Virus record (IMG/VR): IMGVR_UViG_3300032073_000003
Location: 1 to 64,000 of that record
Direction: 5' to 3' (one strand)
Source: a virus
Length of the DNA stretch: 64,000 nt
Each line of letters starts with the position of its first letter. Position 1 is the stretch's first letter. Below, piece after piece: positions 31,401-39,614 of this stretch. The notes beneath the pieces are model-generated. The model saw nothing but the letters and a program-made list of their open reading frames with translations. It had not been told where the DNA came from and did not search any database. The translations under genes were made by a program, and so were the position numbers.

Positions 31401-31695
31401 TAGATTTATTTATAATTTTACTAGGTACTGTAAAATTTGGTTTAAGATATTTTAAAAATTTACTTAAACCCGTTTGCGCTTTAGGTAGCTCTCCTCCTTG
31501 TTTTAACATAGGATATTCATCCACATAAGATGCTCCTGGAAAAGTATAGCTTTGACCAGGTTGCATCAATACAGGTTCTCCTACATCAGGTACTGCCCAT
31601 ACAGGATAGTCAACTCCTTCCATAGTAATTTGATTACCAGGAATTCTAGTGTTCTTACCGGGGTGAGCCCATTGCCCTCTAGGATCTTCTATCAT
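25420..31695 (-). CDS. 2091-aa modular (polyvalent) cargo polyprotein: ART-PolyVal-like, SET, two unknown, zincin-like, ART-like and kinase-like modules
   Basis: Seven PKA(Q/K/W) delimiters. SET motifs IHGTGVF / YNHSEEPN / GEELLSNY. ART-like VYRGT...KSLRGNNGMFDMTNPNI. Zincin-like LAHEIRGH...EPSAY. Kinase-like AGGQGRLF / LDYMGLDN / LVDL. Confidence 0.8.
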   Translation of the reverse strand: MIEDPRGQWAHPGKNTRIPGNQITMEGVDYPVWAVPDVGEPVLMQPGQSYTFPGASYVDEYPMLKQGGELPKAQTGLSKFLKYLKPNFTVPSKIINKSNKFKSEINWSNWNKDIPKNKALMDEYADIEKFAKTNSTWMKNADGSPFTLPDGSPGLPEQFVQVNSKDFKKAFPEGYSTVYRGTTKYNPTLIDKKDKGYTGVFTGNKELARNYNGSLNYTDDFYFNSNTPEDLRFNGLYELAIPKSSNSLKINANKQHWTEIPLTGPGDVISKMEYNIKAYKDMLTRAKKSNSKKAIERYQKRVADLEDELQNIKSNNYTTEKELQTVRDKLGEFTSTDDLATYMEKQGLSNIQIDDVLDGIFGDVTIANQVPGNYAKSLRGNNGMFDMTNPNIYKALIPLLGVAGLGLPENKFGGEYETKELTDAEIEEYVKGGYIVEEELPKAQREDNIEGTFVNSKEHGVDTPVYIQVEEKESPIHGTGVFSKEPISKGQSIGVSHIRKEFEKNGEMYQAPFPSKQIGGYNHSEEPNVTEVDNGDHISLIAIRDIQPGEELLSNYDDSKIPNMERSSDFTRKDVPKAQDGHSVKQRRGVRDNYDYKAWTPSGLQFPTSVSSHLMAAEYVDGRGWVAFPTLFQDSKPYADDQENWKEVSGENGWWPIYQEALKRGEVYDFGEDKEAALAFGRGSWKDQLPEHLQDKQEGGFQLELTPEEIDKYVKGGYVVEELPKAKLGLISLAKPLITGAGSSNKIIQGLSRGIIDKGIDISAILAPEIMKKYAKHAMGLSSGNEHYNVSKFLEDLDSKKKLLETYSGKETGFPGHQDRSLVDLYFGDDSKFKESRWLSELESKDALKKYTDYHGPLKSYELLSNFANKEPLSGKKLFGRMDVADPQIKSHRTYDEFTRWKDEIIEQAVKSKNPDGLIGAYNTLFDEFGEILPFESSFKDGYLPNFGLWGNPIEPIDDIGGHMTFVRRITPKKFDFTTRDVWGFHPKDYVDKWIEGKSEIGAQDDSYFKDLAPRLLNKFGKPFILTQTNPLHFDLKKGGQLPKAQVGTISKALKKTLPFATKFDDVVVNSHPFFKTNVLKDPLLQQEMLKHLATGIEPIQNYVGDMLYELKSPEGKKRLLKQESEHLEHIGYPKNFIDKQAELNYKARLQELELMGNVRNSASVASKFLDQNRLPEKDFFNSKYLYSNASYTNPNNIYLDAWAGDINNYDFFNLNKTQLGEKALPGFIRMGVDYSSPFNTPILAHEIRGHGLQRGRKLQIDRDALKMIRPKKELNENQQKAYDYFKKSGKEPSAYLNELREAMLLKGLIKHRYENITPEKLQVASTFFKRNPMGVVKSNNSKSYLSNTRILDFMEESPEMYQNLSWLLNRLPTVGLGLGAAGAAGSTLEEKKLGGELPKAWDGRVIKQGSKILSKYIKPVDTYNKIVTGNSVLPYALKLENSIIPKSTDYIKKITKEQIKEAQGFLRRRQFIKNLQKEGLIGENFNDLNYAARSTKRTEELTKLALDHNATRYRAVTGKVPHDGKGMQEHTRHKFDMSVPNYPNSISEFENMKNAGVDFNDPLSIAKYQVAHVPMDTYGYRSGMHLMHNVDALFATHYPDMSGRYGNYQFKMKSPRDFSEGSYNDWFSKYYKPNKTWKTDGGVKDGYYVHDYMPSNNYDMPLHFSASKSDGSVVGLKGSKMFDIDETYPFADLVNLNPQQKLDFVKYIKQNKLDFDTGWKGKYEQGGDLPKAKYGKWMKYLNPPNSITTSKKFLFTPPEELLRTEAAWNMMRNNNYYSLGRGAAEISGLRDFGKQLTSRYDHAKFANKVKQFDKAIDRVTYDKRLSESAKEAKIDELVKAQNEVQKKLFNIQDEYSKFRLDYSGLPITQARGKHGDQLAGGQGRLFNNLLNDKEYIKFGKFFGDENDMQNLINAGKKFNSSYAEAAFPTEAFRVGEDNLQNSKRFVQFMPKLDYSSGLSVDSDVIYNTVKELNDLGVGLDYMGLDNIGSVGDKLGLVDLSYIGKPGERNSVFNINPDVFLPDVTNNKLGSKELVREIREMLVPGTGVKDKNMEKWGDGRWKEGGSVELGDIVDEATMKRLKAQGYTFEEI

Positions 31696-34600
31696 CTTAT
31701 AGAGATTTGATTTTTACTATTGCTTAATTTAATAATCATATTTACATCATCACATTGTTCCCTCTTTAAAGTTAAGAAATTTAAGTAATGTCTGAACTTT
31801 TTTCTTTCAAGTTCAGATTTATTATAATTTAAATTATCTGGATTAAGAACTCTTGTGTGACCATCTTGAGATGTTACCCAAGTATTTTCCGAAGCATAAT
31901 TACCTTGTAGTATAGTTGTACCTGGAACTAAAGGTCCTGTTGGAGGATAATTAGAACCTTTAGGAAATTCAGCTCTATCTTTAGTTATATCCCAAAATTG
32001 ATTAAATCTATATTTTTGTTCTTCTTTAGAATATAAGATGTCATAAGAATTTAAATTCCCATTTAATTTAGGGTATTGTAAAGAAAGATTAATATCATTT
32101 TTAGGATATATATTTAAATTTAAATATCCTGATACTTGCTCTGAGTTATACACTATAGCTTGATCAAAATTATAATCTAAAACATGATGTTGATCTACAC
32201 AGTTACCACTTTGTCTTCTATAACACTCTAAAATATACTCCATTGACCTAGTAGTCATTACATTTTGACCACTAACTATTGGGAATTCTAATTCAACACC
32301 AAACTGCTCATCATAAAAATTACAAAAACTATCACATAAAAAATTATGTTTCCACAGTCCGTTGTTTTTACTACTTAAGAAAATATCTTTTGTAGGCAAT
32401 AGTAAATCTGGATGCCATTCATGAAAACTAATCCAAAACTTAAATTTAGGATCATAACTAATTGTCCATGAAGCATCTTCAAAAATATATGAATCACCTA
32501 AATTATATATAAGATTTTTATTATCATCTAATAGAAAATAATCACCAGTTCCATCAGAATTTACAGGAATATATTTTACTCTTCCTTTAAATTCATCTTT
32601 TAAATAATAATCTTTCTTACAAAAGTAAAGTACAGAATTAGAGCTGTCATAGGTTGATTGACATCCTATACCTGCAACAGGATTATCTAAATAAGGATAA
32701 TCAGGAAAATCTTTTATTAATCTGTATGGTAGATAAAGTAAAAACCACCACTTCATTCCTGCTTGTGATATTTCTTGAAGACCACTATTATAAGAAAATA
32801 TCCTACCCTGATCTTGAGACATATAAAATACACCTGCTGGTGAAGATATTACAGATAATCTATTTTGAGAAGAACCATATTCATATGATTTATCTGCATT
32901 AGAAACATTTTGAGGAGTAGATGCAAATAACCCTCCATCTCCTATAGTAGCTTTAACACCTAGATAACTTTCTCTTTCATCTACACCACTCATAAGTAAT
33001 GGACTAGAATTTTTAAATGTTATAAACATTCCAGTTTTACCTATTGGTTTAACCCCGCTTATTTGATTTTGAAATTCTTTATAATTATTTACTAAATAAA
33101 TAAACCAACTATCTTTAACAACTTCTATTTGTTGAGGTAAAGAATATATTACTCTATCAGGGTAATAAGTATAACACAACTCTGCTACTTGCGGATCATA
33201 ATATCTACTTTGAGTATTCCCAACAGAAAAATATTGATTAAGAAGTTTAGACACACTTAATGAATAATCATAAAGATATGCACTAAGTCTTCCCATTATA
33301 TTAGGATCCATATTAAACATACTAGGATAATCTGTATAATTATATGGATTATAATATTTTGCACCAAGAGTATCACTTTGTTTTCTAAAATCTATAAGAA
33401 CATCTGACTCAACAAAAAAGTCTCTAATACTAGAATTAGCTAAATAAAAATATGATTCTTTTACACCAAAAGTCCCAGGATAACCTCCAGTTCCTTCTAC
33501 AGTATCATCTGTATAATTATATTTTTGACTAAAATCTTTGAAATAATCCATATTATAAAACGATCTTGGAAAATTACCTGTACCAGGAATTGATGGTATA
33601 GATGTAAAACTAAAATCAATGTCATCTACTAATTTTGCTATATCATATTTTATACTATTAGCTTTGAATCTAGTTTGAGGAATCATACTATGTAAATAAT
33701 AATTATATTCAAAACCATCTGGCTCATCAAATAACCAATTATCAAAGAACATCATATTATTCTTTTCAGTATATCTATTTATATAAGTATCTCCTCCAAA
33801 AATTACAGGGCTTCTAGAAATTTTTGTAAGATCATATTGAGTATTATTTATAGGGCAGTTATAAGTAATTGTCGCAATAGAATTTATTCTACTTAATTGT
33901 TGTTCACATGGGGTTACAGAAACTTGAAATTCACTACCTATTTGACCATATTGATTTCTAGCTTTTTCTTTTAATGCACCATAATGACTTGCTATTGGTA
34001 AGTTAAAAGGAATATCTTTATCGTCTTCATTAAATTTAGGAATAGTACCATTTGTATAAACTTGAGCAATGAGATTTTGATTTAATGTTCCTAATGTTAC
34101 TAAAGATTTATCTTGAACGCCTGATTCAATTAAATTTGGACCTATGTTAACTCCATCAGGATATGAAGCATTAAAATATGGACCTGATTTACTTCTTATA
34201 ACAACTGTATCTGATCTTTTTAAATTATTTATTTTATAACTGTTATAATTTCCTAAGTTAGTTTGATATTTTTTTACATTTTGTATATTATCTCTTATAT
34301 AAAAACTATCATCTACATTAAATCTTTTTAATTCACTATTAGAAATTTTAGACATGTTACTATAATATCCATGTGCTATAGACTGTAATGTATATTGTCT
34401 AAATGGTATTATTGCATAAAATAAATTTACTATAACATCTGCACCTTCTGAAAAATAAAATGCTAATTGATTTGTAGCACCTAAAATTCTAAGAGGAGCT
34501 GGAAGATATGCATAATTAGGAAATTCTATTGTTCCATTTAAAGTTGAAGGAACAGTAATACCTGTTAAACTAGCAGCATTAATAGCAGTTTCTAAACCTT

Positions 34601-37148
34601 TATCTAATAATCCAATTGAGGTTGCGGGATATCCTCCAATTATAGCCAGACCTGCATCTGCAATAGTTGCTCCACCAGAACTATAATAAGTAGTAACTGC
34701 AGTATTATAAGGAGTAGAAACAGCATTTAAAGCAGCCATTGCTGTAATCTGTGCTGCTAATGCGGCATCAGAAGGACCTGGGGTAGCAGCACTAGTGAAC
34801 GCACCTGATAATGCTTTAGGTTGATTAATAGTTCTTTTACCAATTGCAGATACTATAGCTTCAGCTAAACCTCCAAGAACCATAACTAGAGCTACAGTAT
34901 CAGATAAAAATTTAAATTTAGGATGATCACTAGGTTCTTGAAAATTTAAATCAGCATTTCCTTCTAACGTACCATAAAGTTTAAATTCTGTAGTAGATAG
35001 ATAGGGAATTCTGAACATAGTATCCGGAGAATGAAATGTAAATATATCATTTGGCATACTCTGATTAATAACATCACCATTTTCATCGTCATTTTTAATA
35101 TAAGGGTCATTATATTTATAATTATGATCATTAGGATTTGCAGTAGCACCTATAGGGTTAATTGTGTTAAATGGATAGTTAGGATAAAGTCCTGTAAAAT
35201 CTACATTTGAAGATCCTCTTAGTTTATATGTACGCATATTATTAACCATACCTTTGGCAAGTATAGTTTTGTTACCTTCTCTAGAACCTCTAAGTATTTC
35301 ATAACCTACTATACCTGGTATATCATTACCTTCTTGATCTTTTGGTGTAGTTATATTTTCAAACATAACTCCCATAAGTCTAATAAAATCTCCTGAATTA
35401 TTAGCATTAGGTCTAAAATGTACTAGATCATTAGTATTACTATTATTTATATAATTTTCTGGAAATTTATGATGTCTAATTTTTTTTCCACATAAATCAT
35501 ATAAACCACTTTCACCTCCACTAGGTATTTGTGCTTCTGACCCTGTCCAGCAATATGAACTAGGATTCCAAATATCAGGTCTATCATCTGGGTATTGTTC
35601 AGTTGATTCCCAATATCCCATTTCTCCAACAGCTAATAAAACACCTCCATCATCCATTACCCAAGAACCAGAAGAATTTAAAGTTGCCCCATCTAAATAT
35701 GTAGGATAACTTAACTGTCTAGCAGTATTATATATTTCAAATACTTTGTCATTAGTTCTTAATGAATCATCATCATTAACTTGAGAAGTTTCAAAAACAG
35801 TTGATCCACCAGGTATATTAAAATCTTTAGGACTTCTTCCCGGAATATGATAAGAAGATGATTTATCACCTGTATTATATACCCACCTTATATAAAAAGT
35901 ATAAACCTCATCTCTAAGATAATTAGTTTTATTTCCTCCATTTACATAATAGTCTGCAGGATATTCTACTGAAGCCCACTTAGTTTGAATAAGATTTGCT
36001 AAAGGTTGATAATTAAAGTCAAATTTTGATCTTGGACCAACCCGTAATAAATAACCATTTACATCTGTAACTTGATCAGATGTTTCAAATACAGGTGTTT
36101 GTAATGGTAAGTTTTCAATAGGTACTTTAACTAATCTACTATCTATTACATCAATTTCAACAGTAGTCGTTCTTGTAGAATAATATCCAAATTGTGTTGC
36201 TACAGTTTGTTCATTAGTTGAAGATACTATTACTAATTGATATTCATCAAAATTTTCAGAATCTAATTCTAGATTAAGAGTTAATGAACCTTGTAAATCA
36301 TTTGGACTATAAACAAATTGATAATTACTTTGAGAAAAATAATCTGTTACTTTTTGTCCATCAATGCTATAAGCTATTAATGCAAAATAAGTTCCATTAG
36401 CTAACGTTCCTCCAGATTGACCTAAAGATAAAGTAAGACAAGGTGTGTCCACTAATCTTGCTAATCTAGTATCTTCACAATTTAATGAACTAAGTTCTTC
36501 TACAAAAGAACAATCATTAATAATAATTTCTGTTTCATTCCATTGTACATTAGGCCAAAGTATTTTATCCGTTCCATTAAAATAATAATTTAAATCAGGC
36601 TGACCTAACCAAGTATATTCTTTAGCTGGCCATGTTTTAGGGTCTCCTATATTTAAATATCTATCAGGATTAAATCCATCTGACCAATATACTATCCAAC
36701 TACAATCTTGTGCTTCTCTAGAGGCTCCTGATATTAATTGACGTTTATCAAAATTTAAACAAGCATCTTGAACAATCTCTCTATAGCTACAAATATCTTC
36801 TTCTAGTAATCCTATTTCAGAAGAAATCCTTTCTCCAACGTTATTATGACCTGCAGTAAATACAATCCATTTATCAGAATAAAGATATATGGCACCAATT
36901 ATATATTTTTGAGTAACAGTAGTGGGCATTGTTTTACCCGCAGTTATACAAAGAAAATTAGATGATTCATTAGACAATGTACTTACATCACCTTCTCTTG
37001 TATTATTTACAATATTTATAGCATGTGTCCACATACCTGGAGACACAAAAGAAGGATCAGAATCTTTATTTAACCCTTTATTAAAAGAATTACTAATTAT
37101 ATCAGATGTATTTTGAAGTCCTTGATTAACTTTTTTTTTCTTTGCCAT
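31692..37148 (-). CDS. Tail stabilisation / muzzle protein (P22 gp10-like, crAss-type)
   Basis: 1818 aa with N-terminal SFNKGLNKDSDPSF...WTHAINI motif typical of crAss muzzle proteins, beta-rich body, and position between ring proteins and cargo genes. Confidence 0.75.
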   Translation of the reverse strand: MAKKKKVNQGLQNTSDIISNSFNKGLNKDSDPSFVSPGMWTHAINIVNNTREGDVSTLSNESSNFLCITAGKTMPTTVTQKYIIGAIYLYSDKWIVFTAGHNNVGERISSEIGLLEEDICSYREIVQDACLNFDKRQLISGASREAQDCSWIVYWSDGFNPDRYLNIGDPKTWPAKEYTWLGQPDLNYYFNGTDKILWPNVQWNETEIIINDCSFVEELSSLNCEDTRLARLVDTPCLTLSLGQSGGTLANGTYFALIAYSIDGQKVTDYFSQSNYQFVYSPNDLQGSLTLNLELDSENFDEYQLVIVSSTNEQTVATQFGYYSTRTTTVEIDVIDSRLVKVPIENLPLQTPVFETSDQVTDVNGYLLRVGPRSKFDFNYQPLANLIQTKWASVEYPADYYVNGGNKTNYLRDEVYTFYIRWVYNTGDKSSSYHIPGRSPKDFNIPGGSTVFETSQVNDDDSLRTNDKVFEIYNTARQLSYPTYLDGATLNSSGSWVMDDGGVLLAVGEMGYWESTEQYPDDRPDIWNPSSYCWTGSEAQIPSGGESGLYDLCGKKIRHHKFPENYINNSNTNDLVHFRPNANNSGDFIRLMGVMFENITTPKDQEGNDIPGIVGYEILRGSREGNKTILAKGMVNNMRTYKLRGSSNVDFTGLYPNYPFNTINPIGATANPNDHNYKYNDPYIKNDDENGDVINQSMPNDIFTFHSPDTMFRIPYLSTTEFKLYGTLEGNADLNFQEPSDHPKFKFLSDTVALVMVLGGLAEAIVSAIGKRTINQPKALSGAFTSAATPGPSDAALAAQITAMAALNAVSTPYNTAVTTYYSSGGATIADAGLAIIGGYPATSIGLLDKGLETAINAASLTGITVPSTLNGTIEFPNYAYLPAPLRILGATNQLAFYFSEGADVIVNLFYAIIPFRQYTLQSIAHGYYSNMSKISNSELKRFNVDDSFYIRDNIQNVKKYQTNLGNYNSYKINNLKRSDTVVIRSKSGPYFNASYPDGVNIGPNLIESGVQDKSLVTLGTLNQNLIAQVYTNGTIPKFNEDDKDIPFNLPIASHYGALKEKARNQYGQIGSEFQVSVTPCEQQLSRINSIATITYNCPINNTQYDLTKISRSPVIFGGDTYINRYTEKNNMMFFDNWLFDEPDGFEYNYYLHSMIPQTRFKANSIKYDIAKLVDDIDFSFTSIPSIPGTGNFPRSFYNMDYFKDFSQKYNYTDDTVEGTGGYPGTFGVKESYFYLANSSIRDFFVESDVLIDFRKQSDTLGAKYYNPYNYTDYPSMFNMDPNIMGRLSAYLYDYSLSVSKLLNQYFSVGNTQSRYYDPQVAELCYTYYPDRVIYSLPQQIEVVKDSWFIYLVNNYKEFQNQISGVKPIGKTGMFITFKNSSPLLMSGVDERESYLGVKATIGDGGLFASTPQNVSNADKSYEYGSSQNRLSVISSPAGVFYMSQDQGRIFSYNSGLQEISQAGMKWWFLLYLPYRLIKDFPDYPYLDNPVAGIGCQSTYDSSNSVLYFCKKDYYLKDEFKGRVKYIPVNSDGTGDYFLLDDNKNLIYNLGDSYIFEDASWTISYDPKFKFWISFHEWHPDLLLPTKDIFLSSKNNGLWKHNFLCDSFCNFYDEQFGVELEFPIVSGQNVMTTRSMEYILECYRRQSGNCVDQHHVLDYNFDQAIVYNSEQVSGYLNLNIYPKNDINLSLQYPKLNGNLNSYDILYSKEEQKYRFNQFWDITKDRAEFPKGSNYPPTGPLVPGTTILQGNYASENTWVTSQDGHTRVLNPDNLNYNKSELERKKFRHYLNFLTLKREQCDDVNMIIKLSNSKNQISIR

Positions 37149-37149
37149 C

Positions 37150-38142
37150 TTAGAGTACCCTATTATTACTATTTCTTCTACCTAAATTTGGTGAATAACT
37201 CATAAACATGTTATAATATTTACCATACATTGCTTTACGATTTGCTAACCACATATCTTTTAACTCAGCAAAGTTTGGAGTATTTACAAGACTTAATGCA
37301 TTGTTACGAGCTCCTCTTAATCTTTGTTCAACAAGCTGCATTCTTTGTGATACATTTTCTCCATTTAAAAATAAGTTTTCAAATATTCTTGACTTTAATG
37401 CATATTCATAATATTCATTAAGGAGTTCATGATCAGGTACTAATAAATTACCATCATTATCAGATAGGTCACCTTGATAATTTAAATAAACTTTTCCAGT
37501 ATTAAATGATGTAAAAAGAAATCCGTTTTTAATCCATCCCTCATCAGGAGTATTGTAATATAAATTAGGACAATCACAATCTATAGTCTGACTAGTTTTC
37601 ATCTTTAATGGTTTTGTATAACCAGCTTTTCTTACTGTACTAGAGTTAACTACTTGAATGAGTTCATAAGGTTCATTTTTACAATTTAAAAATACCCGAG
37701 GTTTTTGAGAACTATCTCCATAAGGTTGGTCAGGATTGTGTGTAATACATATACCTTCTTTTCCATCTAAACAGCATGTGTTATCTGGAGGACATCCACA
37801 ATGAGTAGGTTGATTTGGCCAATCTGTATAAGGTACTTCTTGAATATTTGTACCACTTGCATAACCATCATATCCAACTACTTCATTAAAATCTCCGCAA
37901 ATCAACCCGTAATTAAATGTATAAAAATCATCTGGTAATTTCACTTTACCATGAGTCACATCTAAAATAATTTCTTTTTGCTGGTTTATTCTTAACCCTA
38001 AATCATAATTAAGTTTCCTTACTAGTTTAATTAACTGTTGAGGCTCAATCATATTTTCTAAAGCAAATGTATGTAGATCTACAGTTACATCTTCTAAAAG
38101 TTGATCAAAAGTTCTGTATTTAAGTGTATAATTAAAATCCAT
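37150..38142 (-). CDS. Tail tubular / ring protein (P22 gp4-like, crAss ring family)
   Basis: 330 aa with N-terminal helix (TFDQLLEDV), central beta domain (GFLFTSFNTGKVYLNY) and C-terminal helix (LLNEYYEYALK). Directly upstream of the muzzle gene. Confidence 0.6.
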   Translation of the reverse strand: MDFNYTLKYRTFDQLLEDVTVDLHTFALENMIEPQQLIKLVRKLNYDLGLRINQQKEIILDVTHGKVKLPDDFYTFNYGLICGDFNEVVGYDGYASGTNIQEVPYTDWPNQPTHCGCPPDNTCCLDGKEGICITHNPDQPYGDSSQKPRVFLNCKNEPYELIQVVNSSTVRKAGYTKPLKMKTSQTIDCDCPNLYYNTPDEGWIKNGFLFTSFNTGKVYLNYQGDLSDNDGNLLVPDHELLNEYYEYALKSRIFENLFLNGENVSQRMQLVEQRLRGARNNALSLVNTPNFAELKDMWLANRKAMYGKYYNMFMSYSPNLGRRNSNNRVL

Positions 38143-38279
38143 TATTTTTTCTTTTTTCTTTTAGGTACACAATTGTTAACCATTTTTACCTTTCCACCTT
38201 TAGTTTTTTTACCACTAGGAGATTTTTTTTTACCTTTAGCTACATAGCCTTTCCAACAAGTATTTTTTTTAACTGCCAT
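38142..38279 (-). CDS. 45-aa basic micro-protein of the phage CWKGY...NCVP motif type
   Basis: Not in the ORF track. Translates MAVKKNTCWKGYVAKGKKKSPSGKKTKGGKVKMVNNCVPKRKKKK; TAATG overlaps with both neighbours. Confidence 0.8.
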   Translation of the reverse strand: MAVKKNTCWKGYVAKGKKKSPSGKKTKGGKVKMVNNCVPKRKKKK

Positions 38280-38950
38280 TATCTTAAAACATTTTGACTA
38301 TCATCTGGACCATCTGCTGGTACTTTCATAGACATTGTTAATTCTTGTACAACAAATTGTTCTATTTCAGAAAATAAATATTCTGGAAACGGTAAAGGAT
38401 CTTGTTGTCTAACTAAACATTTATCTTCAGTGTCACATGTAAATTCAGAAGTATCTCCTTCAAATATTGCTTCAACTCTAATTGCATCCCAATCTACATT
38501 TGGAATATAAAGGTATCCATTTAAATACCAAAAATAAGGTCTTTTATTATACTTAAAAGTTGTTGATTTAGTCATAGAAACCCAAGTACCAGGATCTGTT
38601 CTAAACATTTCTATACTACCATCAATAGAAGAAACTGTTCTAATTACAGGTCCTAATGCTCCATCAAATATAGTAGGAAGTTTTTCTTTTGTTCTTTTAA
38701 AATAACATCCTGAATAAACACCTACACAATCAGCTTCTACTTTATCAACATCTATTAATTCTACATAAGGAAGTGTTCTAAATATAGAACTTATTTTCAT
38801 TAATCTAAATTGATTATCTTCTCTCTTTAACAGAGATTGTCCATACTTAATTAAAGAATAATAGATTGTTCTATCCGTTAAGAAAGGGTCTTCTTTAACA
38901 GCTTTAAGTGTGTTTCTTACTCTTGATACGGCTTCTCCAATTGTTGTCAT
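38279..38950 (-). CDS. Tail ring / tubular protein (crAss ring family)
   Basis: 223 aa; MTTIGEAVSRVR N-terminal helix, YFWYLNGYLYI beta motif, D..PFPEYL C-terminus resemble crAss ring proteins; positional support. Confidence 0.6.
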   Translation of the reverse strand: MTTIGEAVSRVRNTLKAVKEDPFLTDRTIYYSLIKYGQSLLKREDNQFRLMKISSIFRTLPYVELIDVDKVEADCVGVYSGCYFKRTKEKLPTIFDGALGPVIRTVSSIDGSIEMFRTDPGTWVSMTKSTTFKYNKRPYFWYLNGYLYIPNVDWDAIRVEAIFEGDTSEFTCDTEDKCLVRQQDPLPFPEYLFSEIEQFVVQELTMSMKVPADGPDDSQNVLR

Positions 38951-39528
38951 ATATCAAATTCATTATAATTTTTTAAAGCCTTTTTTTCAGACTTTTTAAG
39001 AAAATTTTTATACATAGCACTATTATAAACTTTATCTATTTTAGCTCCTGGTAATACTTCAACATACATATTCCAATTTTCAGAATATGCTTTTGAAACT
39101 GCTCTTTTAAATTCTCTACATGCAGTAAATCCCCAAAACTCTCTATTTTTCATTTTAAGTTTTGGAGCATAATTTGATAAAAAAATCTTAGCTAGTTTAC
39201 CATCAGTTTCCCAATTTTTATTGCTTACACTTACTCCATATTTATGAGACTTACCGTAATCAATATTTTGTTTTTTGCTTTTTTGACAAGTTCCTATAAA
39301 TACCCAACCTAGCTGTTCAGGTAATTGTACACCGTCTCTTGTGTCAATTACAGCTTGATATAAAATTTGATTAAACCTTTTAATCATTTTTCTAATTATT
39401 TTGTTATCTAAGTCTTTATACCTAGGGTATGCTTGTTTAAAGTTTTCAAAGAACTCTCTATCTAAGATAGTTTTAACTTGAGGTCTATACCTCGAAGCTT
39501 TTACATTTGGTTTGTTAAATTCCTTCAT
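38947..39528 (-). CDS. IHF/HU-like DNA-binding protein (crAss-type)
   Basis: Two helices followed by GVQLPEQLGWVFIG, matching the IHF/HU L-x2-LG-x-F turn; basic composition; conserved position in crAss-like tail modules. Confidence 0.6.
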   Translation of the reverse strand: MKEFNKPNVKASRYRPQVKTILDREFFENFKQAYPRYKDLDNKIIRKMIKRFNQILYQAVIDTRDGVQLPEQLGWVFIGTCQKSKKQNIDYGKSHKYGVSVSNKNWETDGKLAKIFLSNYAPKLKMKNREFWGFTACREFKRAVSKAYSENWNMYVEVLPGAKIDKVYNSAMYKNFLKKSEKKALKNYNEFDI

Positions 39529-39583
39529 AATAATATAGTAAAAATTTGTGACTTAAACAAATATACAAAAAAACAAAATACCT

Positions 39584-39614
39584 AAAAAAACAAAACCCCC
39601 ACTAGTGTGAGGGT
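39584..39614 (-). terminator. Rho-independent terminator
   Basis: Minus strand ACCCTCAC-ACTA-GTGGGGGT hairpin followed by TTTGTTTTTTT, downstream of the 602-aa gene. Confidence 0.75.

Noticed and set aside
20111-31500. Delimiter repeats as a CRISPR-like array or DGR template/variable pair
   Set aside because: The repeats are in-frame coding, about 1 kb apart and mostly diverged. No adenine-specific mismatch pair and no reverse transcriptase gene were seen.
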